This document shows positions 24,363-36,375 of a stretch of DNA of 64,000 nt, in pieces (the stretch's first letter is position 1; each line of letters starts with the position of its first letter). The notes beneath the pieces were generated by a model that saw nothing but the letters and a program-made list of their open reading frames with translations, was not told the origin of the DNA and did not search any database. Both the position numbers and the translations under genes were made by a program. The DNA is from Octopus sinensis (lineage: Eukaryota). The DNA lies in contig NC_043010.1 of NCBI RefSeq assembly GCF_006345805.1, forward strand, positions 54,436,001 to 54,500,000. Reading direction: 5' to 3'.

Positions 24363-25343
24363 AATACCATCCTTAGCGCATCTTTATATTGATAATGAAC
24401 TTGCTCAAAATTGCGGTGAGAATCAACGGGATGAATTATTAATATCCAAACGCAGACATCAAAATTAATTCATTCAATATGTTTGGGTACTTGGAGTATG
24501 TGTTAAGAAATATGACTACCTGATGATAGGAATACAGCTAATTAATACAAATTGTTAAGCAATTCGGCTTCACTGGTACCGAAGTGGTTACCGATTAATG
24601 AGTTGTGTATAATGGATTGGCTTCAGTTTATTACTATCTTACGATTAATCATTCTCGTGACATTATTGATAACGTTACGGGAAACGAACTAATTATTCGG
24701 ATGCAATTTCGAAAATTATGTTAAGTCAATAAGGGAGGAACATCAACGATGAGGTTGAATCGCAATGATCCCACTTAGGTAAATACCTGTTCAAGCGTCA
24801 GTTCAGCTTTGTCACTTTCATTCCATTAAACAATTTTGATTTATTACTGAATCCTGTATCTGAGAGCTCTCCTTTAGTATCAATTTCCGTAGTATGTATA
24901 CAAATTCAACATAGCATATTTCATGTTTTGGTATTTGGATTTCATAATTCTGCTTGGCTATTTTATTGGATTCTCAGCATAAGATATTTGGTTAAACAGA
25001 GTAACTTTTGCATAGATCACACTCATTTATATTAAATATGAACGATATTTTTGTCAGATAATTCTTACAAATTTAATTTTAATTGTCAACAATAATAATC
25101 GTGGTATTCGTCGCAATTTTTTGCAACGACTTCTACTTCCTTAAATAATTTATTTCCTATCATGTCTTGATTATCATCAATAGTTCTTTAATTTATTTTG
25201 AACTATTTTGTAGTTCTTTCATTTATTTGACTGCGGTGATTCTAGGGCAGAACATTAAAGGGTTTAGTCGGACAAATCGGTAATGTTTGAAGATTGGTAC
25301 TTATTCAATTCCCTTTGAAGGATTACTAACTTAAGGGGACATA

Positions 25344-25546
25344 GGCGCAGGAGTGGCTGTGTGGTAAGTAGCTTGCTAACCAACCACATGGCTCCGGGTT
25401 CAGTCCCACTGCGTGGCATCTTGGGCAAGTGTCTTCTGCTATAGCCCCGGGCCGACCAATGCCTTGTGAGTGGATTTGTAGACGGAAACTGAAAGAAGCC
25501 TGTCGTATATATGTATATATATATAAATATTATAATCATATATATA

Positions 25547-25608
<62 letters not shown>

Positions 25609-25822
25609 TTGTTTGTGTGTTTGTCCCCCTAGCTTTGCTTGACAACCAATGCTGGTGTGTTTACGTCCCCGTCACTTAGCGGTTCGGCAAAAGAGGCCGA
25701 TAGAATAAGTACTGGGCTTACAAAGAATAAGTCCCGGGGTCGATTTGCTCGACTAAAGGCGGTGCTCCAGCATGGCCGCAGTCAAATGACTGAAACAAGT
25801 AAAAAAAAAAAGAAAAGAAAAA
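25344..25822 (+). mobile_element. SINE family A, full-length reference copy
   Basis: GGCGCAGGAGTGGCTGTGTGGTAAG (A-box-like), GGTTCAGTCCC (B-box-like), CTTGGGCAAGTG (CORE-like), internal (TA)n(TG)n, tail GGCGGTGCTCCAGCATGGCCGCAGTCAAATGACTGAAACAAGTAAAA. Confidence 0.95.
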
Positions 25823-26179
25823 AAGATATACAAACCAACGCCTGGTCTGATGAGACGGCTGCTGACAAATAGAAAGGCACACGGAGACTCATGTGTGCGT
25901 GCATTTCCATATATGGTATGGGTATGTATAAACAAATTTGTATCTGTATATTTATGTATATACACATATATAGATGCGTGTGTGTGTGTGTGTGTGAAGG
26001 GCTTCTAGAGGTCTTACACCAACGAAATATACCCACAAGTCATTGGTAACTTCGCCGTTATTGTAGAATATATTTATTCAAGGTGCCGTGCAGTTACACC
26101 GAATACAATAGCATATGGTACAAAGTGAGCTTTCTGAAACAGAAAGCTATGCCTCCGATCAGTAATTCAATAATCGATG

Positions 26180-26343
26180 TTTACGTTCTGATTTCAAATT
26201 CCGCCAAGGTCGACTTTGCCTTTCATCCTTTCAGGGTCGATAAATTAGGTACCAGTTGCATACTGGGGTCATTCTAGTTGACTGGCCCATAACTTTCTAG
26301 TTATGGGCCAGTTAACAGTGTAGTCGACAAGCAGAAAAGAATT
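26180..26343 (+). mobile_element. 5'-truncated SINE B copy containing an 18-bp snap-back hairpin
   Basis: B core followed by GTTGACTGGCCCATAACT-TTCT-AGTTATGGGCCAGTTAAC (26277-26316); ends AGAAAAGAATT. Confidence 0.8.
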
Positions 26344-26362
26344 CAATAAGAAATCAATATTA

Positions 26363-26961
26363 AGGCGGCGAGCTGGTAGAAACGTTAGCACGCTAGGCGA
26401 TATGCTTATCGGTATTTCGTCTGCCGCTACGTTCTGAGTTCAAATTCCACCGAGGTCGACTTTGCCTTTCATCTTTCGAGGTCGATTAAATAAGTACCAG
26501 TTACGCAATGGGCTCGATATAATCGACTTAATCCGTTTGTCTGTCTTTGTCCTTTCTGTGTTTAGCCCCTTGTGGGTAGTAAAGAAATAGGTATTTCGTC
26601 TGCCGATACGTTCTGAGTTCAAATTCCGCCTAGGTCGACTTTGCCTTTCAACCTTTCGGGGTCGATTAAATTAGTACTATTTACGCACTGGAGTCGATGT
26701 AATGGACTTAATCCGTTTGCCTGTGCTTGTTTGTCGTCTCAGTGTTTAGCCCGTTGTGGGTAGTAAAGAAATAGGTATTTCGTCTGTCGATACGTTCTCA
26801 GTTCAAATTGCGCCGAGGTCGAATTTGCCTTTCATCCTTTCGATTCGAAAATTTATGTACCAGTTGCGCACTGCGTTCGATGTAACCGACTTAATCTCTT
26901 TGTCTGTCCTTGTTTGTCCCCTCTACATTTAGCCCCCCCCCCCCGTGGGCAAAAAGAAATA
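26363..26961 (+). mobile_element. SINE B trimer: one head plus three about 184-bp tandem bodies, flanked by a 17-bp direct repeat
   Basis: Units join at AAAGAAATA|GGTATTTCGTC (about 26590 and 26774); AGAAAAGAATTCAATAA at 26333-26349 and 26962-26978. Confidence 0.9.
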
Positions 26962-27591
26962 AGAAAAGAATTCAATAATCGATGCCAGTTAAATTTGCTG
27001 CTATAGAAATTGAACTTAGAATATAACTAAAAGAGACCAAACATTACCAATTTGCTCATTGCTCTTCTATTTCAACAATACGCAACCTGACCTTTGTAAG
27101 ATTAATATATTACAAATTTGTGTAATTGATTGAATTCTAAAATTAATAGATAATGCCATATTCATGCTACTGACGGTTTTCACATCACGATCATTTCATC
27201 AAACATATTACATATATTCTCACTATCTCTTCCATTGTCACACTTAGAGTTTTAACCTCCACATTATCTCCAACCCCACTTCCTCACCGCTACTCTCCTG
27301 AACTCCTACTGTACATATCTGAAATTCTCACAAACAAGATCTCAATAGATGCTTTTATGTATAATACAATTCAAGTATTCTGACATGTTTATTTACGTTA
27401 CAGTTCTAATTAGATCCTTTAATTTATCATAATGAACATATTGTATTCTTGAATATGTCAGGAGCTTCCCTCGTAATTTTCCCTCTTTTCATAATTCTAA
27501 ATGGTAAATTCAAATCTCTCCCTCTTTCTCTCTCCAGCCGCGTAGCTCTATCCACGTATATGTATATATATATAATATTATATATATATAT

Positions 27592-27779
27592 GGGTGAAGG
27601 AGTAGCTGTGTGGTACGTAGCTTGTTTCCCAACCATATGTTTCCGGGCTCAGCTCCTCTGCATGGCACTTTGAGAAAGTGTCTTTTTACTGTAGCAAGTG
27701 TCGTCTACCAAAGTCATATGAGTCGATTTGGGCGGAGGAAACTGAAAGTATATCGAACATATATATATATATATATATA

Positions 27780-27834
<55 letters not shown>

Positions 27835-28005
27835 GTGCCGCGTTTGTTCCCCACTATCTGATGACAACCGGTTTGGTGTGTTTACGATCCCGTAACTTAG
27901 CGGTTCCGCAAAAAAAAACCATAAAAGTTGTAGGGGATCAATTTGTTCGACTAAAGGCGGAACTCTAGCATAGTCGCATCAAATGACTGAAACAAATAAA
28001 AGAAA
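27592..28005 (+). mobile_element. SINE family A, diverged full-length copy with small deletions
   Basis: Head GGAGTAGCTGTGTGGTACG, internal (TA)n, tail CTAAAGGCGGAACTCTAGCATAG...ACTGAAACAAATAAAAG. Confidence 0.85.
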
Positions 28006-28039
28006 GTATCTATGTATATAATGCTTGCATGGTTTTGCG

Positions 28040-28078
28040 TATATCTATATATATATTATATATTTAATATATATATAT

Positions 28079-28120
<42 letters not shown>

Positions 28121-28240
28121 ATATATATATATAATATTGTGTATATATATATATATATATATATACCTACATACATACATACATACATACATACATACAT
28201 ACACACACATGCATACATACATACACACATATATACATAA
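28040..28240. repeat. (TA)n/(TACA)n microsatellite
   Basis: Direct reading. Confidence 0.92.
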
Positions 28241-28782
28241 ACGCAACATAGTGTGCAGTACCGTCATCCAATTAGAGCGTAGAATATAAATGCTACATAT
28301 TGTTTTACTGTTTCCCGCCGTTACCGCCTGATTTTTAGACCCAAGTTTTCTTCAACTGGTCTTAACTACTGAAAGCACTTCGTGCATAATGAAATCCATT
28401 AGACAACTTTGTGTACTTAAGAATGATACTTTCCTATATGAAATATACGCAAACACTGACACCCCACACATACACATAAACTTATACTTACGTATAATCT
28501 GTTATTAGATTCTGCTTCACCTCAGGTGATATTGTCTGTAACTAAATCATGGTAACTATAGACATCCCCACCTGTGATATAAATATACAATGTCTCTCGG
28601 TCTACAGTAACCAATGTTGTGATTCTTTTCTTGAAAGACTAATGAATAATTAAAAGAAGATATCGTATCTGTCACTAACTGGAAGAGAGTTACACAGGGG
28701 TTCTAAAATGATGTAATTCAGTCGACTTTGCCTACGTCAGTTATGTAAATTTACGGTCTAAGAAAATAGTAATAAATGTGTG

Positions 28783-29170
28783 TGGAGGTGCAATGGCCCA
28801 GTGGTTAGGGCAGTGGACTCGCGGTCATAAGATCGCGGTTTCGATTCCCAGACCGGGCGTTGTGAGTGTTTATTGAGCGAAAACACCTTAAAGCTCCACG
28901 AGGCTCCGGCAGGGGATGGTGGTGATCCCTGCTGTACTCTTTCACCAAAACTTTCTCTCACTCTTACTTCCTGTTTCTGTTGTACCTGTATTTCAAGAGG
29001 CCGGCCTTGTCACTCTCTGTGTCACGCTGAATATCCCCGAGAACTACGTTAAGGGTGCACGTGTCTGTGGAGTGCTCTGCCACTTACACGTTAATTTCAC
29101 GAGCAGGCTGTTCCGTTGATTCGGATCAACCGGAACCCTCATGGTCGTAACCGACGGAGTGCTTCCATCC
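28783..29170 (+). mobile_element. SINE family C, full length, with 12-bp TSD
   Basis: tRNA-like head TGGCCCAGTGGTTAGGGC...GGTTTCGATTCCC; TSD AATAAATGTGTG at 28771-28782 and 29171-29182; nearly identical inverted copy at 44263. Confidence 0.93.
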
Positions 29171-29179
29171 AATAAATGT

Positions 29180-29275
29180 GTGGCGGTGCATCAAGACTTG
29201 TGCTTTAGCAACCACGGTTTTCGTGTCAGTCCCACTGTGTGCTATCTTGGGCAAATGCCTCGTTCTTTATCCTCG
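29180..29275 (+). mobile_element. Old SINE A-like head fragment
   Basis: GTCAGTCCCACTGTGTGCTATCTTGGGCAAATG. Confidence 0.6.
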
Positions 29276-29340
29276 GACGTACATAATACGTAGAACTGTA
29301 TTTAAGCAATTAATACTACGTTAAAATATTGACTAGGTGT

Positions 29341-29486
29341 ACTTTAGTCGAGCAACTCGACCCCGGGACTTATTCTTTTGTAAGCCCAGTACTTATTCTA
29401 TCGGTCTCTTTTGCCGAATCGCTAAATGACGGGGACGTAAACACACCAGCATCAGTTGTCAAGCAATGCTAGGGGGACAAACACAA

Positions 29487-29533
<47 letters not shown>

Positions 29534-29700
29534 CGACAGGCTTCTTTCAGTTTCCGTCTACCAAATCCACTCACAAGGCATTGGTCGGCCCGGGGATATA
29601 GCAGAAGACACTTGCCCAAGATGCCACACAGTGGGACTGAGCCTGGAACCATGTGGTTGGTAAACAAGCAACTTACCACACAGCCACTCCTGCGCCTATA
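29341..29700 (-). mobile_element. SINE family A lacking the terminal tail
   Basis: Head intact (CAGCCACTCCTGCGCC); truncated at ACTTTAGTCGAGC. Confidence 0.9.
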
Positions 29701-29811
29701 TGGGTGTATGAATTCGTCTTTTTGTCGTTATTATTTCCACGTCAACTATAACTCAAATAATTTGCACCAGTTCAGGAACCAAATGTGGATTATTGTTTTT
29801 ATTTATGCGCC

Positions 29812-29905
29812 ATTTTCAAACCTATCCAGGCTCATGAGCCCGGTTTCCGGGTTTCTGTGGTGTATGAGTTCCTCACAGCTGAACGGGACGCCAATCCATC
29901 GCAGC
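29812..29905 (-). mobile_element. SINE D 3' tail fragment
   Basis: CTCATGAGCCCGGTTTCCGGGTTTCT...ACGGGACGCCAATCCATCGCAG matches the tail of 20861-21078. Confidence 0.75.
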
Positions 29906-30004
29906 CTTCCTCAAGAAAAAAGCAGAGAGAATGAGAGAAATTTGGGGCGAAAGACTACAACAGAAAACAAACAAAATGTTTGCTGATGTTTTATAAATAC
30001 AAGG

Positions 30005-30066
30005 AATAGTTTTATTCATCAAAGTATGCACCCATAATATCAATACACTTTTGCAATTTCAGCGGA
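30005..30066 (-). mobile_element. Second, inverted mariner-like C-terminal fragment
   Basis: Minus translation ...QKCIDIMGAYFDE* resembles the mariner terminal WQKCIxxxGxYFE motif. Confidence 0.55.
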
Positions 30067-30350
30067 ACTTGCTCCTTCAGACCACCATTTGTTTCATAGT
30101 TTACAGAATCATTTGGAGTACATAACCTTCGCAAGCTAAGACGAGGTCGAAACTGACATTTCATAGTTCTTCGATTTGAACCCAAAAGCGTTTTAAATTG
30201 ATGGGATTAAAAAGCTTGTAAATAGATGGAAGTAAGTGATAAATAATAACGGAAAGTACCTTGATGATTAAATTTCAATTAAATACAACATTTGATCACT
30301 ACTTTTCTTCATTCAAAATTCAGACAGATCTTATGGGATGACCTGATATA
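30066..30350 (+). mobile_element. Mariner (Tc1/mariner superfamily) 3' remnant: decayed transposase C-terminus plus right TIR and TA
   Basis: Conceptual translation with stops ELAPSDHHLFHSLQNHL...DEVETDIS*FFD...IDGIKKLVNRWK*VINNNGKYLDD* (mariner LAPSDYHLF motif); TIR-like end CAGATCTTATGGGATGACCTGATA followed by TA at 30349-30350. Confidence 0.85.
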
Positions 30351-30373
30351 TAGAAGATAAGAAATGAAACAAT

Positions 30374-30471
30374 AATTAAAAATGAGACGTGGATCATTGG
30401 TGTTATAAAGTCATTGAATTTAATTAAACAATGACTTTATTATACCAATGATCCACTCCTCATTGTTAATT
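30374..30471. repeat. 98-nt hairpin: 43-bp arms, about 5 mismatches, 12-nt loop
   Basis: AATTAAAAATGAGACGTGGATCATTGGTGTTATAAAGTCATTG versus CAATGACTTTATTATACCAATGATCCACTCCTCATTGTTAATT. Confidence 0.88.
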
Positions 30472-30659
30472 TTGGCTGCATTTCTTACCGTCTCTCTATA
30501 TATTAAACTGCGGTTTTACCTTTAAATTACCTACTACTGTATACCTAATAACGAGGATAATACATACGGAGGTAATACGTCAGTTGTTCCTACGGATACA
30601 TCTATCACTTAAATGATTGAATAACCTCCAAATTATATATCTTATTCTTGGGATCTCTT

Positions 30660-30730
30660 TCTTCGACGAAAACCCCGAACACTGTGTTTCAGCACAGCGA
30701 CAGTCAAATGACTAAAACAAGTAAAAGATA
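30660..30730 (+). mobile_element. SINE A tail fragment
   Basis: CAGTCAAATGACTAAAACAAGTAAAAGA. Confidence 0.6.
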
Positions 30731-31009
30731 CTGAACTCCATATCTGAAATTTTAAGCAGTTGTAAGAATACAGATAAGTTCCTGTTGAGGAATTGAATTT
30801 TGCCACCCTGTCTGTTTGAACAACTACTAAAGACTCTGAACCACTTTTAAGTTTTATCATTTACCAACCACTTGTTCTTCTATCAAATTCTTGTTTCGTT
30901 TTCCTGTTTGTCAATCTTCCACATTTTATATCTACTTCGCTGTCACCTTTACTCACTTTTTTCTTCCCATCGGTCCATTATTAGTTCGTAATGCTATGAG
31001 CAGTGTATG

Positions 31010-31081
31010 GATACATATACATATATATATACATATATATATATATATTAATATATATATATATATAATATATATATATAT

Positions 31082-31132
<51 letters not shown>

Positions 31133-31140
31133 TATGTATG
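31010..31140. repeat. (TA)n-(TG)n microsatellite
   Basis: Direct reading. Confidence 0.93.
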
Positions 31141-31703
31141 TATTTTTAGGTGTGTGCGTGTTTGTATTGTACACAATTTCTAGTATTGTACATCTACATA
31201 TATACATAACTAGAACATTATTGAAATGAAGAAAATTAAAGATTGAAGCCATGGAAGCAGCTACAGCATGTGAGATGGAGCTAAATGTAGCCAAGAGAAG
31301 AACTACAAACGATGAGAAAACTATATATATATATATAAGTGTGTGCGTATACTGTAGTTTTACGCATTTATTCAAGTAACATTGTGCTCAAGGAGACACA
31401 TTGAGACTAAATTAGCGAGAGAAAGTAATAAAACAACGAATATATCAACTCTAGTAATATTATATTAAATATTACATATTATTGTTTTTAACACTTATTC
31501 GTTTGTTCAGTTTGAAGCGGAATGAAATGTCGGCTAGAAATCGTAAATAACTCCAACAGAAAAATCCAATCGCGATAGAGTAAACACGTATGTGCACGTT
31601 CGTGCGTGTGTTCCTACTAATATATGAGTATATAAGTAAATAGGTGCATACATGTATATAAGGTCGTATATGTATAGGTGTATATATATATATATTTGTA
31701 TTT

Positions 31704-31743
<40 letters not shown>

Positions 31744-31906
31744 GAAAGTAAGAAGACAATCAGATCTAATTGTATATATCTATCGTTACATTTCATAGAA
31801 TGCCTTTACTTTTTTTGATTTCCAAAGTGCATTTTCACTTATTTTCCTTCTTACTTGCACCATATATTCCATGTGTAGTTTCTATTTTCAATTCGTAACG
31901 TATTTC

Positions 31907-31971
<65 letters not shown>

Positions 31972-32204
31972 CCATCAATTAAGCAACAGGATATCCAGAG
32001 GTGATGCAGTACGATCGTTCAAGCGACTCCATTTAAGCGAACAATGCAATCAATACATCAATTTAACTTACAAAGCTATCATTGTCTTTATGCATAACTA
32101 AATATATAAATAAAATTAATTTAATTAGTCGGACACATTTGTATAATTTTTCCTAAATCCTCTGAGAGGATAAGAAGACAAAGCCCATTGTGCTTTCACT
32201 TCAG

Positions 32205-32245
<41 letters not shown>

Positions 32246-32460
32246 TCACCCCCCACACCCCTACATACTCTCGCACCTTTCTGATTTTATTTATTCATAT
32301 GCATAAGGGGACAAAAATATTCTTTTATAATACATATCTGAATTAAACTCTCTAGCAAATTAAAAAATATGCCTTATAATAGTCATAACTAAATTTCTCT
32401 ACGCGTGATTGTAGTGTGTATACCATGATGATAGTGTCATATGTATGTATATGTATATAT

Positions 32461-34498
32461 ATTTAATTTTGATTTTGATTTTTCCAGTTTCAGCTAATGA
32501 GCTGTGGCCATGCTGGGGCACCGCCATTTGGTCTGCTACACGGTTTTACCTCACGGATGCTTTTTAGCAAACGTCATCTGATGCACGAGAGAGTTCGATG
32601 CAGCTGCTCTCATCTGCACCTCCTGTCGTGAAGTTGGCTCATCCGGGACACCTGACAGGAAGAGATCGGGTCCTGCTTTAAAGACATCCGCATCTACACC
32701 ATGCAGGTCCCTCAGGTTCTTCGGGAGGATATTGAAGAGCCGTGGGCCTCTGAAGCCCAGGCTATCACAATATCTTGTCCTACATCTTGATGGCAGATTT
32801 GGAGTCCTTGGTACTACGCAGTGGCGTCCGGTTCTGGCATTTGTGTGACTCTCGATGCCAAAGTCTGGGACAAGACCCTCCAGGATCTTCCAGGTATATA
32901 TTATGGCATATCTTTCCCGCCTACGCTCCAGGGAATAGAGCTTTAATCTCTTGAGTCTCTCCCAGTAGCTCATATGCTGCACAGAGGCTATCTTCTTCGT
33001 GTAGCTTCGTTGGATCGCCTCAAGTTCTGTGATCAACTTGACACTGGATGGTGACCATAGCTGAGAGCAATAGTCAAAGTGGCTGAGGACAAGTGTCTTC
33101 CAGAGGACCATCATGGTTTCTTGTTCTCTTGTTCTAAAGGTTCTAAGAATCCATCCAGCTAGCCGTCTACATTTCATTGTCAGTTTAGCAACATGTACAT
33201 GAAAGGTCGCGTCATGACTCATGTGAATACCCAGGTCACGCACTGATTGTGCCTCTGGGATTGCATTCCCTCCGGGTCCAGTGTATTCATCGGGTATTGC
33301 ATTCAGTTTTGCATGCTGATAGTATAAAGCTTGAAACTTTTCAGCATTGAACTGCATGCTATTCCTTTCAGCCCACTTGTATATTTCGTCCAGCTCACAT
33401 TGCAGGTGCTTAGTGTCTTCAGGGTTCCGTATCGCATGTGAAACTTTTGTATCATCTGCATAACTTGTGATCGTGGCTCTCTGCGTGGCTGAGGGCATGT
33501 CTGAGAGGGCCATTATGAACAGTAGTGGTCCCAAAACAGTGCCCTGCGGAACACCGCTCACTATTTGCGTGCTAATGGAAGTGGCCCCATTGGCTGTTCC
33601 ACCTGACTTCTATTCTTCAGAAAGTCATGAAGCCATTCTCCTAGTTTTCCAACTATGCCAAGATCACGCAGTTGTGACATATCATTCCATGGTCGACTTT
33701 ATCGAAGGCCTTTGCGAAGTCGAGATATATGACTCCACATTTGAGTGGTTGAGCAGTTGTTGTTTCAGCACCCAGTCATAGTGCTGCAGGAGCTGAGTTA
33801 AGCAGCTTCTTCCTGGTCGGAAACTATGTTGGGTGTCAGGCAGCAAGTCATTTTCTTCCAGGAAGGTGATTAGTTTCCTTCTGACTATTCGTTCCATGAC
33901 CTTGCTGATGTGTGAGGTGAGGGAGATAGGCCTGTAGTTCTTGGCCTCCGCTCTGCTGCCTCCTTTATGAATAGGGCATATTTTACCTTCCTTCAGTTTT
34001 CTTGGAAGTTTGCCAGCTGCAAGGAAGCTCTGAAAGAGGAGCTGCAGTGGTCTTGCTAGGACTCTCTTACATACTTTTAGGAGGATTGCCGGGAATCCAT
34101 CAGGGCCAGTAGCTGAGTCTGTTTTCATTTCATCTATAGCCTTTATTACATCGTCTTCCTTTATATCGATGTAATTTATCGTCGCCGCCTCTGATTCTAT
34201 ATCTGCAGTGGTAAAGAAGTCACTTGGATTGCTGATTTGGAAATGCCCAAGGGTTGGGGTGAAAACACTCTTGAATTGTTCATTCAGTATCTCACTTACC
34301 CGCATTGGTTTTCCTGTGAGTGTGCCATCCTTTTCAAGGAGTGGCCCTATCCTACAGTGCACCGTAGCTGTTTGTTTTGCATACCTGTAGAAAGCTCTAG
34401 GGTTAGTTTTTATGTTGTCTATAGCCCAGGCTTCTTTGTCTGCTCTTTCCTTCTCATGGGAGAGTTGCAGACAGTTTTCAATTTCCAACAGTTTTATT
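32461..34498 (-). mobile_element. 5'-truncated CR1-like LINE (about 2.0 kb) with frameshifted reverse transcriptase, 3' UTR and (CAAAAT)n tail
   Basis: ORFs 33682-34488 and 32551-33561 carry ATGPDG, NYRPISLTSHISKVMER, SGVPQGTVLGPLLF, YADDTK, VRDLG and RRERY. Three small deletions at about 33600-33740 break VIYLDFAKAFDKVDHG. Flanked by TA-rich microsatellite on both sides. Confidence 0.95.
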
Positions 34499-34499
34499 G

Positions 34500-34790
<291 letters not shown>

Positions 34791-36327
34791 AGGATTCATA
34801 CAACTTTACATATACGTAATACTACAAAAAATATCAAATCAAATCAAATAACATTTCATTCAACCGAATGGAGGCAGGCATGCGGTTACACAATTTTGGT
34901 GATTATGGCTCTCTATATTTATATAGTATCGGCACGCAAACAATCACATTCTTCTGAATCATAGCACTATAATCAACTCTTCAACGGAATATTACTTTAA
35001 TATTACAGAGTCACCCACGTCTAGTTTATTTATCGGAGTCTGTTCTCTACTGTTTTGAATGTATTGTACTACTTAAATACTATCGTCACTTTCTGAATCG
35101 ATCAGGCCAACGCTGTTTATTACTCGCCATTATGGCATTAGTTTTCTGGGTTGGATTTTATATTCCATGCTACTCTTTTATTAACCTGTTAATCACCGTC
35201 ATTTCGTTAAACTGGATTTCATTTTATGTACTAAACTTCAGGAAATTATTTTTGTAACTATCTGTATATTTATATATATATTTATTATTTTCTATAGGTT
35301 TTGTGCGTTGCTCCATTTTATATACTTTCAAAAGAAATAGATCGTTACAAAAGGCGATGCTTGGTATATATTGTTGTGGATGCTGTGTTGTATTGCTGGT
35401 TCCCTTGTCAAATATTGTCTACAATATATAATTTTGCATAACACCTCAATATACACCATGACTTCCAGATCAATATATAATTTGATTCTAGGAAAATAGA
35501 CTTATTTCAGTTCTTTTAATTGGTTTTGATTAAATTTGTTTGATTAAATTTGTTTGTTTAGATTAAATTTGTACAAAATTAATTATATAGCCAACTGTAT
35601 ACTCATATAAATTTATGACCCCATTTATGGGAGCCTTAACATTATCTCCAAAACATACATATACACATGACAGAAACAACATCTATAACATTGTTATACG
35701 TAGGATGACGTTTGAAAGGAAATACACTGTTGGCAATATATATTTAGTGAATGGCTCACGAACAAAAAATAGACAGGGAAAACAAACACGATAAAGCATT
35801 GTACTGTGAAAGGAATGTAAATGATGTCTCAGACTGATGTCCTTTGTTAAGTTAGAAGACAATGAGGAAAAGGAAACGTATAGTTTACGGGAGGAAAAGG
35901 TGGAGAAGTTTTTATCAAGAATGAGCCACTCTATGAAGAGAATGGAGAGGAAATAAGCAAACACGATGGTCCTAAACTGGACAATGATTACCCACAAATT
36001 GAAGCATCGTACTTGATGTGGCTTTAAAATGTAAAGAGATTGTAATATGTGTGTTAGTCCGAACTGTGTGAAGAGTGGGAGATAAATTTGTCGGAAACTC
36101 TGTAGACTAAAATGTGCGCATGAACATTGTGCATGCGAATATATATTAAGACGTTTGGATATGTCAATATTCGTAATGTATGAGAGGTTGTATTCTTGAT
36201 TTGTGTTAATCGTAGTATGCATAGTTACATAGGCATTGAGGAGAGTAAATGTTTTTAGTGTATTCAAAGAAGTGGGTGTGATCAAGCTGAAGATAGTCAA
36301 GCAGATGATATGTATATGTATATATAA

Positions 36328-36375
<48 letters not shown>

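Noticed and set aside
25845-25880. CTGATGA motifs at about 25848, 24530, 14295 (-), 43378 (-) and 49015 (-)
   Set aside because: No correctly placed GAAA, stem III and stem I.
26363-26961. Regularly spaced about 184-bp repeats as a CRISPR array or retrozyme array
   Set aside because: Units are whole SINE bodies with no unique spacers and no cas genes; no CUGANGA/GAAA hammerhead core on either strand.
28783-28860. tRNA-like sequences (also at 44580-44659, 25344-25420 and the B and D heads)
   Set aside because: They are SINE heads with A and B boxes that continue into SINE bodies and tails with TSDs; no complete cloverleaf acceptor stem.
29456-29986. 176-aa ORF and recurring peptides such as RRHLPK.P.SGTEP and GFGRRKLKEA
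   Set aside because: Translations of SINE A; they recur at every copy.
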